Shown piece after piece: positions 1 to 8,304 of a stretch of 64,000 bases of DNA. The stretch lies in contig CAVPNL010000003.1 in the NCBI GenBank assembly GCA_963706575.1, positions 224,001-288,000 on the forward strand, given 5' to 3'. The stretch's first letter is position 1. Each line of letters opens with the position of its first letter. The notes under the pieces are model-generated. The model did no database searches and was not told the DNA's origin. It saw only the letters and a list, made by a program, of their open reading frames with translations. A program made the translations under genes and the position numbers. The stretch comes from an uncultured delta proteobacterium. GTDB lineage: Bacteria > Desulfobacterota > Desulfobacteria > Desulfobacterales > JAHEIW01.

Positions 1-24
1 CCCTAGACATGAGACTCTATTATG

Positions 25-51
25 TTATCGGCATTTTGCCCAAATACTTAA
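25..51 (-). promoter_or_regulatory. sigma28 (FliA)-type promoter firing leftwards out of the window
   Basis: The minus strand reads TTAAGTAT-N11-GCCGATAA, close to the TAAAGTTT-N11-GCCGATAA consensus. Confidence 0.7.
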
Positions 52-477
52 CCCGATAAAATAATAGACACCTTAGATTCGCAAAATGCAAAAATATAAA
101 TTGCATTTTGCAAATGCCTTCTATTTTGCAAATCATGACCAAATCAAATATAAATTTAACCCGAGTTAAGCTGGCAAGCGAAATCAAAACAGAGCAATTT
201 ATGTTGTAACGTATTTAAATTATATAGGTTATAACTTAAGCACTTATATTTTACAGATCGATTAACAACCGCTGGTGGTGGTAAAATTTTGCCTATTTGT
301 CAGATATTTGACCCCATTTTGTTCAATTTTCTAAACTAGCGCATGGTTAAAAAAAATGACCTTCAAAACCCAACAAGGCCTTAAGTATAATTTAAGCTAT
401 TGAAAACACTAATTATTAGAATTATGACCAACCGTGTGCGCATTCTCTGAACAAACCGGTCTTGAAATATATTAAAA

Positions 478-493
478 TGGCACAGTAGTTGCA
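478..493 (+). promoter_or_regulatory. sigma54 -24/-12 promoter
   Basis: TGGCACAGTAGTTGCA, with GG-N10-GC spacing. Confidence 0.85.
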
Positions 494-503
494 TAGATAT
501 ATA

Positions 504-586
504 GCAAATGGAATGAAGTTTCCTCCTTTCCTTCATTCCCACCTCCGACGAACCCTGTTAGGTACCCCCCCCTAACAGGGTTTTTT
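504..586 (+). ncRNA. candidate sigma54-dependent small RNA with anti-SD loop
   Basis: Starts ~12 nt after the sigma54 site. Hairpin GGAATGAAG(510-518)/CTTCATTCC(531-539) has loop TTTCCTCCTTTC. A second ACCTCC lies at 541-546, followed by an intrinsic terminator. No plausible protein-coding gene. Confidence 0.7.
551..586 (+). terminator. intrinsic terminator
   Basis: 12-bp stem AACCCTGTTAGG/CCTAACAGGGTT ending in a T-tract (581-586). Confidence 0.85.
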
Positions 587-747
587 CTTGGTTCGACAAG
601 ATTTTGGCAAGACCTGTCAAAGCATTGTCAAGATTTATATCGATATCAGTACCATAGATCTGTGGCCACGCTTTATTTTCTCACCGGATCTCGATTTTTA
701 AATGTTCTCGCGGCTGCATTTCGAATAGAAGCCGCAATCCATCATTT

Positions 748-763
748 TGGCACGTCTATTGCT
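748..763 (+). promoter_or_regulatory. sigma54 promoter for the HDOD gene at 944
   Basis: TGGCACGTCTATTGCT, near-perfect consensus. Confidence 0.85.
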
Positions 764-943
764 GTTATTAATAAGCATACCGATAGGATACAGAACTTAT
801 CGCCAAACAACCCAAAACGGCAAGTGCCGTAATGAGCACTCTTGGCCTTTGGTTGTTGGGGTGGCCAGCACTTTAGAAAAACAGCCGGATGAACTGAATC
901 CATAGATCATTGAACATAGACCTTCCAAAAGGAGGGGGCCTTA

Positions 944-1903
944 ATGACAGCCGTAGAAACCATTGAACAGCTCTCAAACAAGATCAACAAACTGCCACTT
1001 GTTGATTCAGAGGTGGTCGATATCATCACCTTGCTCAACAATCCGGCCAGCAATTTTAAGCAAATTGTGGAAAAATTATCACCGAGCCTGGCGGCACGAT
1101 TTTTAAACATCGCGAATTCGGCCTATTATGGCGGACGAGAAGTCCGGTCCATCGACTATGCGGTCAAACTGCTGGGTTACGCCAAGATGAAAGATATTCT
1201 GATCACATCCATTTTAGTAGATCATTTTACCAAACGCCTGAAAGATTTTGATTTTAATAAATTCCTGACACAGGCACAGTTCTGTGCTGCGGTTGCCAAA
1301 GTGTTGGGTGAAATGCTCAATTTCAAGCCGCAGGAAGATCTGTTCACGGTAGCCACGCTTCAAAACATCGGAAAACTGGTTATCGCCGTTTATTTTAAGG
1401 ACCACCATCGCAAAATAGTTGCGTTAAAAAAAGCTAAAGGGCTGCCATCCTGTCAAGCTGAGCAGCAAATTTTAGGCATGAGCCATGGTCAAGTCGGCGC
1501 CGTTGTTCTACAGCGCTTCAAAGTCCCGCAGGATATCTGCGATGCCGTGCGATTTCATGACAGCCGCGACACCCAACTGCCCGTACAAAACAACAACTAC
1601 CTGCTGCATATTGCCCGTCAGGCGACTCGCATTGTCGGTCATTTTTCCCTTCCGAAAGACATGGAACCGATGGACCTTTACCACATGTTACGGGTCACGG
1701 TTGAAGAAGGAAAGAAGAATTACCGCGAACAAATCCAATCCCAGCTGAGATCGAAAGGCTATTCACAAATTTTTGTGTCTTTGCTCGAAGATGCCGCAGA
1801 TCTGGTCAGTGAGGATTTAAAAACACATCTGCGTGAACGTGTTGCAGTACCTGCAATTATGGAAGTGGGAAATGAAGCCTGCACCAATGAGCGCCAGGCA
1901 TAA
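944..1903 (+). CDS. HDOD domain protein with degenerate HD motif
   Basis: LP...LAARFLNIANSAYYG...SIDYAVKLLG; LQNIGKL in place of LHDIGKL; SHGQVG...AVRFH. AAGGAGG RBS. Confidence 0.85.
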   Translation: MTAVETIEQLSNKINKLPLVDSEVVDIITLLNNPASNFKQIVEKLSPSLAARFLNIANSAYYGGREVRSIDYAVKLLGYAKMKDILITSILVDHFTKRLKDFDFNKFLTQAQFCAAVAKVLGEMLNFKPQEDLFTVATLQNIGKLVIAVYFKDHHRKIVALKKAKGLPSCQAEQQILGMSHGQVGAVVLQRFKVPQDICDAVRFHDSRDTQLPVQNNNYLLHIARQATRIVGHFSLPKDMEPMDLYHMLRVTVEEGKKNYREQIQSQLRSKGYSQIFVSLLEDAADLVSEDLKTHLRERVAVPAIMEVGNEACTNERQA

Positions 1904-1942
1904 AGTCCGTGTCCCATGTCGTTTCAGGGGGAAATTCAAGGT

Positions 1943-2182
1943 CTAATCCCTGAGGTTCTCAGGGGGTCCAACTTTATTCGCCTGAACTCCGCGCAGTTTT
2001 TTGCAGGGAGCTTCATTTACTTTTATTGCTGTAAATAAAAGGCAGTCCTTAGCGTTCATAATATTGCGCACTTCATTGATTGGATATCGCCGGCTTTTAA
2101 ATCCCATCGCGCGGCAGCCATGCGGAAAGTTCGCATTCCAGGTGACATAATAATAAATACACTTGTGGCAATCGATAATCAT
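1943..2182 (-). CDS. small Cys-rich conserved hypothetical protein
   Basis: CHKC-x2-YYVTW...PHGCRAMGFKS...C pattern, possibly metal-binding. Confidence 0.65.
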   Translation of the reverse strand: MIIDCHKCIYYYVTWNANFPHGCRAMGFKSRRYPINEVRNIMNAKDCLLFTAIKVNEAPCKKLRGVQANKVGPPENLRD

Positions 2183-2189
2183 TAGGTAG

Positions 2190-2282
2190 GATTTCGGAAT
2201 GCAGATTGCAGATTTCGGATTTTAAATGTGCGACACATCTGATATTTCAATCTACAATCCGCAATCCAAAATCCGCAATCGA
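2190..2282. repeat. inverted array of degenerate heptamer repeats
   Basis: GATTTCG/GAATGCA/GATTGCA/GATTTCG/GATTTTA, a spacer, then CAATCTA/CAATCCG/CAATCCA/AAATCCG/CAATCGA. Confidence 0.75.
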
Positions 2283-2284
2283 AG

Positions 2285-2755
2285 TTAGTCCCCATCTCGC
2301 AAATCGACTCGAATTTCCATGTCCTTGAGCAGGTCGTAAGCCTTTTTGCGCTCGGAATCGGTGCTTTCACCGACAACGTAAAGGATCGCCTGGATGACCT
2401 CATCACTGATCCCGGCCTTCTTGAGTTCGATGACATCCCGGGCAGTGGTAAATTCAATGGATCGAACATCCTTCCCATAAATAATGGGGGCGGTATCTTT
2501 CAGAAAAGAACCTTCCTTAATGACCATCTGGATGGTTTTTTCACTGATCCCGGCCTTTTTCATATCAATAATTTCCTGCACACTGAAGGCCGCCGTTTCC
2601 ACGGCTTTTTCCCTGACCATTATCTGGATCGTGGAGTCGCTGACACCGGCCTCCTTTAATCGTACGATACTTTCACTGTTGAGGCCCGAAATCGGGTGGG
2701 TAATGATGAATAAGAGCCCGGCAATACAACTGATGATAATAAGTGTTTTTTTCAT
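2285..2755 (-). CDS. exported hypothetical protein with three IxxLKxAG(V/I)SxxxIQ repeats
   Basis: Signal-peptide-like MKKTLIIISCIAGLLFII. Repeats IVRLKEAGVSDSTIQ, IIDMKKAGISEKTIQ and VIELKKAGISDEVIQ. Starts 5 nt after flgL. Confidence 0.75.
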   Translation of the reverse strand: MKKTLIIISCIAGLLFIITHPISGLNSESIVRLKEAGVSDSTIQIMVREKAVETAAFSVQEIIDMKKAGISEKTIQMVIKEGSFLKDTAPIIYGKDVRSIEFTTARDVIELKKAGISDEVIQAILYVVGESTDSERKKAYDLLKDMEIRVDLRDGD

Positions 2756-2760
2756 TTTTA

Positions 2761-3675
2761 TTACTTCAGAAAATCAATAAGTCCCTGTTGCGTGATCCTG
2801 GCCGTGGTGGCTAGCGTCGTTTGATACGCCAGCTCGATACTTTGAAGCTCCACCACGGCTTGGGTAACATCCACATCTTCTTCCTTGGCCAACAACTCCT
2901 GGATTTTCGGTTTGTAATTTTGCCAGTGGTTTTCGGAGGTCATCAGCTGGTATAAAATCGGAGAATTGGCCGCTCGCGTATTATTAATCTGTTTCCGGCC
3001 TTGATCTATCAAATCGGCCTGGGCCGAAATAGCGACCGTATCGTCGGTTTCCAGGGCCACAATTAGATCTCGCATGGCATCGAAGATATTGATGCCACCT
3101 CCGGCTGCATTGTGAAACAGCGGTTGACCATCGGCATCAATAGTGATTTCGGTGTTCTGGGCGACGATAAATCGCGCATCCCCGTCATCGCCATTGTAAG
3201 TAACGGTAAATTGGTCAAAGGTCGTGGCCAGCGTATCATCGCGTGAAAAAGGCGCTGTTCGGGTTTGATAGCCGGAAAACATATAATCACCATTGAGTTT
3301 CGAATTGGCCAGATCGAGTATCTGGTCAAACATATTCTTGACTTCTCCAGCCGTCAGTTGGCGGCTTTCGGTTGTTCCGCCGGCCTCCGTCATCGCAATC
3401 GCCCGGACTCCTTGCAACAATTCATCCACCAGATCCAAAGTGATTTCGGTAATTTCCAGCCGCTTTTGCCCGCTTTGAATATTGGTCTCATATTGCTCAA
3501 TCGAGCTAAGGGTTTGGCGATAATCCAGTACCTTGCCCATGCCGATGGGATCATCTGACGGCCGGTTGATTCGCTTCTGGGATGCGATAATCGTCTGTCT
3601 TTCATAGAGTGCTTCATTCTGGGCCGTAAGATAGCGCACCAGCGAATCGGTCATCATGTTATTGGTTACGCGCAT
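2761..3675 (-). CDS. flgL: hook-associated protein 3
   Basis: MRVTNNM...KRINRPSDDPIG; YMFSGYQT; C-terminal AYQTTLATTARITQQGLIDFLK. Confidence 0.95.
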   Translation of the reverse strand: MRVTNNMMTDSLVRYLTAQNEALYERQTIIASQKRINRPSDDPIGMGKVLDYRQTLSSIEQYETNIQSGQKRLEITEITLDLVDELLQGVRAIAMTEAGGTTESRQLTAGEVKNMFDQILDLANSKLNGDYMFSGYQTRTAPFSRDDTLATTFDQFTVTYNGDDGDARFIVAQNTEITIDADGQPLFHNAAGGGINIFDAMRDLIVALETDDTVAISAQADLIDQGRKQINNTRAANSPILYQLMTSENHWQNYKPKIQELLAKEEDVDVTQAVVELQSIELAYQTTLATTARITQQGLIDFLK

Positions 3676-3720
3676 GTTTATCCCCCTTCTGTTGGGATGC
3701 GATCTGCAATTCTTCCCTTC

Positions 3721-5109
3721 TTATATCATCTGCAAGACCGTTTGCATCATTTCGTCGGCAGTTGTAATCAGTTTGGCCGCTGCCGTATAGGCGTTCTGGA
3801 ATTTAATTAAATTAATCATCTCCTCATCCAACGAAACCCCTGAAACCGATTCCCGCTGATTTTCCAGCTGCACCATCATATTCGACTGGTGATTATAATA
3901 AGCGTCTGATTTTAACACTTCATTGCCCACATCCCTGACAATGGCGCCATAGTAATCGTTATAGTCCTGGGTGCCGCCCATGTTCAACTCATATTGTAGG
4001 TTTGCGATATCAGCGGCATTGCGGCTGTCACCGGGAACAGTGGCCGCATCACCTGCCGCGGCAATCAGATTCAGGTCGGCCATAATATTCGGATTGACTT
4101 CCAAATCCGCCGCCGTACCGGTTCCAATAAAAAATACTTCACCTCCGATTCCGTTGAGGTCAAAACCTGCCTGATGCAGCAAGTTGATATCGGTCATTAG
4201 GGTTCCTGCCAGCGTGTCCAACCGCGTCATATAATCTGTGATAATCGTATCACGGACCTCAAGCAACCCCCTTAATTTTCCACCGGAAATTTCAGCGTTT
4301 ATATTGGTGGTGTTGCCGTCATCGTCGACCCATACAACTTCCTGAAGTCCGGCGCCATTCGTCTCGGTGGAAAGCTGCCAGTACTGACCCGCGGTCAACA
4401 GTGGCCATCCATTGGCCACTGATACCGAAACCGCTCCACTTGCATCTTCAAAGCTATCGATATCGATTAATTCCGAGAGCTCTTTCAGCAACAGTTCACG
4501 TTGATCACGGTAATCATTGGCGCTCATGGAGCCGGCCTCGGATGAAATAATTTTTGCGTTCAAGTCGGCAAGCTCCTGCGACAGCCGGTTGATATCCGCG
4601 ACGGTTCCCTGGACGACAAAATCGAGGTTCTGCTGGGATTGTGAAAGATCCGTATCAAGCTGATTAAAGGTGGTGGCCAAAACCTGACTTGCCGTGATCA
4701 GGACCTGTCGTTCGGTGGTGCCGTCGGGGTCGGTTGTCAGGGACTGCCACGCGTTCCAGAATTTGCTCATTGCCTGGTTCAACCCGGACCCATTTGCTTC
4801 ATTGAAAATCATTTCCACCAGCTTTACGGCATCTTTTTGCGCATCCCATCTTCCCAGTCCCTGGCTTTCATTGCTGATCTGGGCATTCAAATAGCGATCG
4901 TATACGCGCTCGATGGCAGCACCGCTGACACCGGTGCCAATCGGCCCGATCGAAGAATCCAGCGGGGTATTCGTTGTCATGTTCAGCTGCTGGCGCGAAT
5001 ACCCGGGGGTATTTACATTGGCGATATTATGACTGGTGACACTGATCGCCTGCTGCTGAGTCAAAAGGGCCTGGCCTGCAAGACTCATTATTGTATTAAT
5101 ATCTGTCAT
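3721..5109 (-). CDS. flgK: hook-associated protein 1
   Basis: SHNIANVNTPGYSRQ; SGVSLDEEMINLIKFQNAY. Start set at ATG 5109 after an AAGGAAG RBS. Confidence 0.95.
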   Translation of the reverse strand: MTDINTIMSLAGQALLTQQQAISVTSHNIANVNTPGYSRQQLNMTTNTPLDSSIGPIGTGVSGAAIERVYDRYLNAQISNESQGLGRWDAQKDAVKLVEMIFNEANGSGLNQAMSKFWNAWQSLTTDPDGTTERQVLITASQVLATTFNQLDTDLSQSQQNLDFVVQGTVADINRLSQELADLNAKIISSEAGSMSANDYRDQRELLLKELSELIDIDSFEDASGAVSVSVANGWPLLTAGQYWQLSTETNGAGLQEVVWVDDDGNTTNINAEISGGKLRGLLEVRDTIITDYMTRLDTLAGTLMTDINLLHQAGFDLNGIGGEVFFIGTGTAADLEVNPNIMADLNLIAAAGDAATVPGDSRNAADIANLQYELNMGGTQDYNDYYGAIVRDVGNEVLKSDAYYNHQSNMMVQLENQRESVSGVSLDEEMINLIKFQNAYTAAAKLITTADEMMQTVLQMI

Positions 5110-5135
5110 CGCTCTTCCTTTTTTGCAAAGCGCTG

Positions 5136-5978
5136 CTAGCCGGAGTTCAGAACTTCGTTGAACTCCTTTACCCATTGCATCGTCTGACTGGCGACTTTCT
5201 CCAGATGGCTGGGTTCAAGTCCCAGCCGCTCCGTCACCTCAACACTTGGCTCGTGCTGAAGACCATCTCTGCCAATGCCGATGCCGATCATCATGCTAAT
5301 AAAATTGGCCACATGCACGATATCTAACATGCTGCTGATCCGCTCGGACGCTTCAGGCGCATGATGAAATTGGACGGCATTGACAATTTCCGGAGGTAGC
5401 AACCACTTGGTTAATATGCGGGCACCGACATCGGCGTGATTGGTGCCCAGCACAATTTTTTCAGCCATCTCAAAGCTGATTCCCTGGGAGACCGCCGTTT
5501 CAATTTGTTTAAATTCATCCTTGACAAAATCGCCCAGGACCAGCTTGCCGACATCATGCAACAGGGCAGCAGTAAATATTTCCTCGGCGGCTTCGACTTT
5601 CAACACTTTTACCAGACCTTCGGCAGCAACCGAAGCGGCTATTGAGTGGCGCCAAAGTTCTCCCGGTGGCAGGTCATAACCCGGAACCGATTTGTCCATG
5701 ATGGCGCTGACACAGGCAGCGATGACCATCTGAATCAAGCGTTTCAGCCCCAATAAGATAACCGCCTGTCGAATCGAGCCGACCTTCGATGGAATCCCAA
5801 AATAGGCTGAATTGGCAAGCCTGAGGACATTGGCGGTCAAGCCCGGATCATGGCGCAATATTTCCTCTATCTGGGACACCCGCATGGCTGAATCATCAAT
5901 CAACGCCAGGAGCTTGACGGCTGTACCCGGCATACCCGGAAACGACTTGATGGCCGATGCGATTTTATTTGCCTGCAT
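5136..5978 (-). CDS. HDOD domain protein
   Basis: DPGLTANVLRLANSAYFG; LWRHS; LLHDVGKL; NHADVG; FHH. Confidence 0.9.
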   Translation of the reverse strand: MQANKIASAIKSFPGMPGTAVKLLALIDDSAMRVSQIEEILRHDPGLTANVLRLANSAYFGIPSKVGSIRQAVILLGLKRLIQMVIAACVSAIMDKSVPGYDLPPGELWRHSIAASVAAEGLVKVLKVEAAEEIFTAALLHDVGKLVLGDFVKDEFKQIETAVSQGISFEMAEKIVLGTNHADVGARILTKWLLPPEIVNAVQFHHAPEASERISSMLDIVHVANFISMMIGIGIGRDGLQHEPSVEVTERLGLEPSHLEKVASQTMQWVKEFNEVLNSG

Positions 5979-6001
5979 TGATTATATCCTTTATCTTTCT
6001 G

Positions 6002-6854
6002 TTAATTAAACGCCAGCGCATCCGACAATTCATCTACCCAGCGGGCCACTTTACCCGAAATGGTTTCAAACTGATCCAGCTCGAATTCCCAGACGATCCA
6101 TTACCGCCGTTGATAGCTCGATCGCGTTTCCGCCAGCCGCACCGCTGGTTTCTGATGTCTGGCACAACAGATTTGCCAGATACACTACATCCATCTCGAA
6201 ATCACAGGCATCTGCTGATTCCGGATCATGGTGCCACCGCACCGCACGGATAACTTCCGCCGGCAGGTTCCAATGCGCCAGTATGCGCGCTCCGATTTCA
6301 GCATGATCCGTCCCGAGGACCATATTTTCAGCAACCACAAAGGGAACGCCTTTGGCAGCAATTCTCTGGATGGCCTCGAGTTCTTCACTAACAAAAGTCC
6401 CTAAAACCAATTTGCCGACATCGTGCAGCAGCGCAGGGGTAAACACATCTATTCTGCCGTGCTTTTTCTTGTCTTTCACCATCGCCTCGCCGGCAATGGA
6501 TACCGCAACCGAATGCCGCCATAGATCTCCCGCCGGCAGGTCATACCCGGCAACGGATTTATCCATCACCGCACTCACGCAGGATGCGACCACCAGCTGG
6601 GTGAGGCGCTTCAATCCCAGCAGAATGACCGCCTGTTTCAGGGAACCGATTTTTGAAGGAATGCCAAAGTATGCAGAATTTGCCAGCTTAAGGACATTGG
6701 CAGTTAAACCCGGATCGTAGCGCAAGATCTCTTCTATTTCGGTCAGTTCGGGATCCTGTTCTTGGAGCAGTCCAAGCATTTTGGCCCCTGCACCCGGCAT
6801 GGTGGGAAATGATTTAACTTTGGCCAGGATTTCGTTAATTTTTTTGTCGCTCAT
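6002..6854 (-). CDS. HDOD domain protein (paralog of 5136-5978), +1 frameshift near 6085
   Basis: Start MSDKKINEIL overlaps the cheD stop (ATGA). Removing one base restores the C-terminus LGIELDQFETISGKVARWVDELSDALAFN, matching the paralog. Confidence 0.85.
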
Positions 6855-7339
6855 AAGACCCTCTCTGTACCATTGCTGTGAACAATGGTCTGGCCGCTGG
6901 CAAGATCGAGAGTGACCTTCCGGTTGATCGTGCCACCGACATCTTCGGCTGCCAGGCAAACCCCCTCTTTTGAAAGCATCTCTTGTAGTACCCGGTAGTT
7001 TCGCTCACCAATTTTAAACACCTCTTTGGCACCCATAGGATTGCCGCAACCGACTGCTTTAACCTTCCACTGGTCTTTGTGGGTGTCGTTTTCGGACAAT
7101 GCCTGAAATAATTCCGGAATACCGGTATCGACAAACATAAACGGATTTAGCGTTGCTTTCTGGGTATTAATCTTTGATAGGGGCAGCATCGCATGTAAAA
7201 GGCCACCCAATTGTGAAATAGAATCATAGACCGTTAAACACAGGCAACTGCCCAAAGTCTCCGTAGCCAGCACCTCCGGTGATTGACCAATCTTCATATC
7301 GCCTATGGGAACAAGAAGCCGCATTTTATCAAATGTCAC
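6851..7339 (-). CDS. cheD: CheD-family glutamine deamidase (alternative start 7324)
   Basis: LGSC catalytic Cys; GGLLHAMLP His; FVDTGI; IGERN; AEDVGG. Confidence 0.9.
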   Translation of the reverse strand: MTFDKMRLLVPIGDMKIGQSPEVLATETLGSCLCLTVYDSISQLGGLLHAMLPLSKINTQKATLNPFMFVDTGIPELFQALSENDTHKDQWKVKAVGCGNPMGAKEVFKIGERNYRVLQEMLSKEGVCLAAEDVGGTINRKVTLDLASGQTIVHSNGTERVL

Positions 7340-7829
7340 CGTTTAATAGTTTTCCGGTCTGCGCATTGTTCTGAACATTGCCGCTCCGGTAATATACAGG
7401 ATTGGCAGCCATCAGGTTATTTAAAAGATTATAGGAGCCCTGGATGAGCTGCATCGAATGCGCCATTAAGAATTTATTTTGCTGGGTGGCATCCTGCAAG
7501 ACCTGGATCAGAGCCGAAAGATCCGCGCTGCGTTCGCGCAAACGCTCGGCATACGGTTCATCAACCAGCAGTGAGAGTTCGGTTATGGTCAGCCCCTGAG
7601 GTGGGCGGCCTAACTCGGCCGTCACCCGATCCATAATCTGTTCGCGCTGTTCTTCGAGGATTCGAAGCTTTAAAAGTAGATTGTCCTTGGCTTTACAAGC
7701 TTCGTTGAGCTGCTGTAAATTCAATCCCACAACCGCATCCTTTTCATTTTGCAATACCCGAAACAGCGATTGATAAAGTTCAGTCGCTTGTTCAAGCGAT
7801 CCCAACAGTTTGTCTAGCAGGTGTTCCAT
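7329..7829 (-). CDS. flgN: flagellar export chaperone FlgN
   Basis: Helical ~166-aa protein between flgJ and flgK; LQNEKDAVV...QQNKFLMAHS...YYRSG. Confidence 0.8.
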   Translation of the reverse strand: MEHLLDKLLGSLEQATELYQSLFRVLQNEKDAVVGLNLQQLNEACKAKDNLLLKLRILEEQREQIMDRVTAELGRPPQGLTITELSLLVDEPYAERLRERSADLSALIQVLQDATQQNKFLMAHSMQLIQGSYNLLNNLMAANPVYYRSGNVQNNAQTGKLLNGDI

Positions 7830-7884
7830 TTGCAAATTTTCCTTCCCTATAAACACCGATCAGGTGCATGGGCCTCCAAAGGGT

Positions 7885-7911
7885 TTATCGGGTAAATATC
7901 GAGAAACTTTA
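7885..7911 (-). promoter_or_regulatory. sigma28 promoter in front of flgN-cheD-HDOD-HDOD-flgKL
   Basis: TAAAGTTT-N11-CCCGATAA on the minus strand. Confidence 0.85.
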
Positions 7912-7920
7912 GAAATAACC

Positions 7921-8304
7921 TTATTGATCCTCATCGGATTGTCCTTCCTTTTCCCGAGAAGAAGGGTTGCTGAGTTGGTGCAGCAACATTTCCGATAAGC
8001 CGATTCCGCCTTTTGCGGATATGTTAACCGCCATTTCCGCATCCAGCATCGATGTATAAATTTCTTCAGCCCGGCCACCGCTGATAAAGCCGGACTTATG
8101 AATGGTGGCCCGCATTTCTTTAAGCAGATGGTGAAGGAACAATGATTCCATCTGGCGGCAGACATCGTGCAGCTTTGGATCGGTTCCCTTGTCCGGGTGC
8201 CCGCTTTTTTTAGCATTCCGCAGGCGCCGAATGCGCTGATCTGTGTCAACAGCAATATCTGACAGATTAACGGGTAACTTGGGTGTGGATAATAGGTCAG
8301 TCAT
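7921..8304 (-). CDS. flgJ: short rod-binding FlgJ (no muramidase domain)
   Basis: QMESLFLHHLLKEMRAT...EEIYTSMLDAEMA...GGIGLSEML. Confidence 0.9.
   Translation of the reverse strand: MTDLLSTPKLPVNLSDIAVDTDQRIRRLRNAKKSGHPDKGTDPKLHDVCRQMESLFLHHLLKEMRATIHKSGFISGGRAEEIYTSMLDAEMAVNISAKGGIGLSEMLLHQLSNPSSREKEGQSDEDQ

Noticed and set aside
780..900. c-di-GMP (GEMM) riboswitch in the HDOD or motA leaders
   Set aside because: The hallmark GGCAAAC...GNAA...GACGCAAA elements were not found; only generic hairpins are present.
1943..2182. Possible 'uracil-DNA glycosylase' label, which I recall being attached to similar small proteins
   Set aside because: At 79 aa it is far too short and has no UDG motifs.
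2182..2478. 98-aa ORF containing DCGFWIADCRL
   Set aside because: It is a translation of the heptamer repeat array and overlaps the 156-aa gene.
7860..8255. 131-aa ORF as a possible FlgM
   Set aside because: It is an alternative frame of flgJ with no FlgM-like C-terminal motif.
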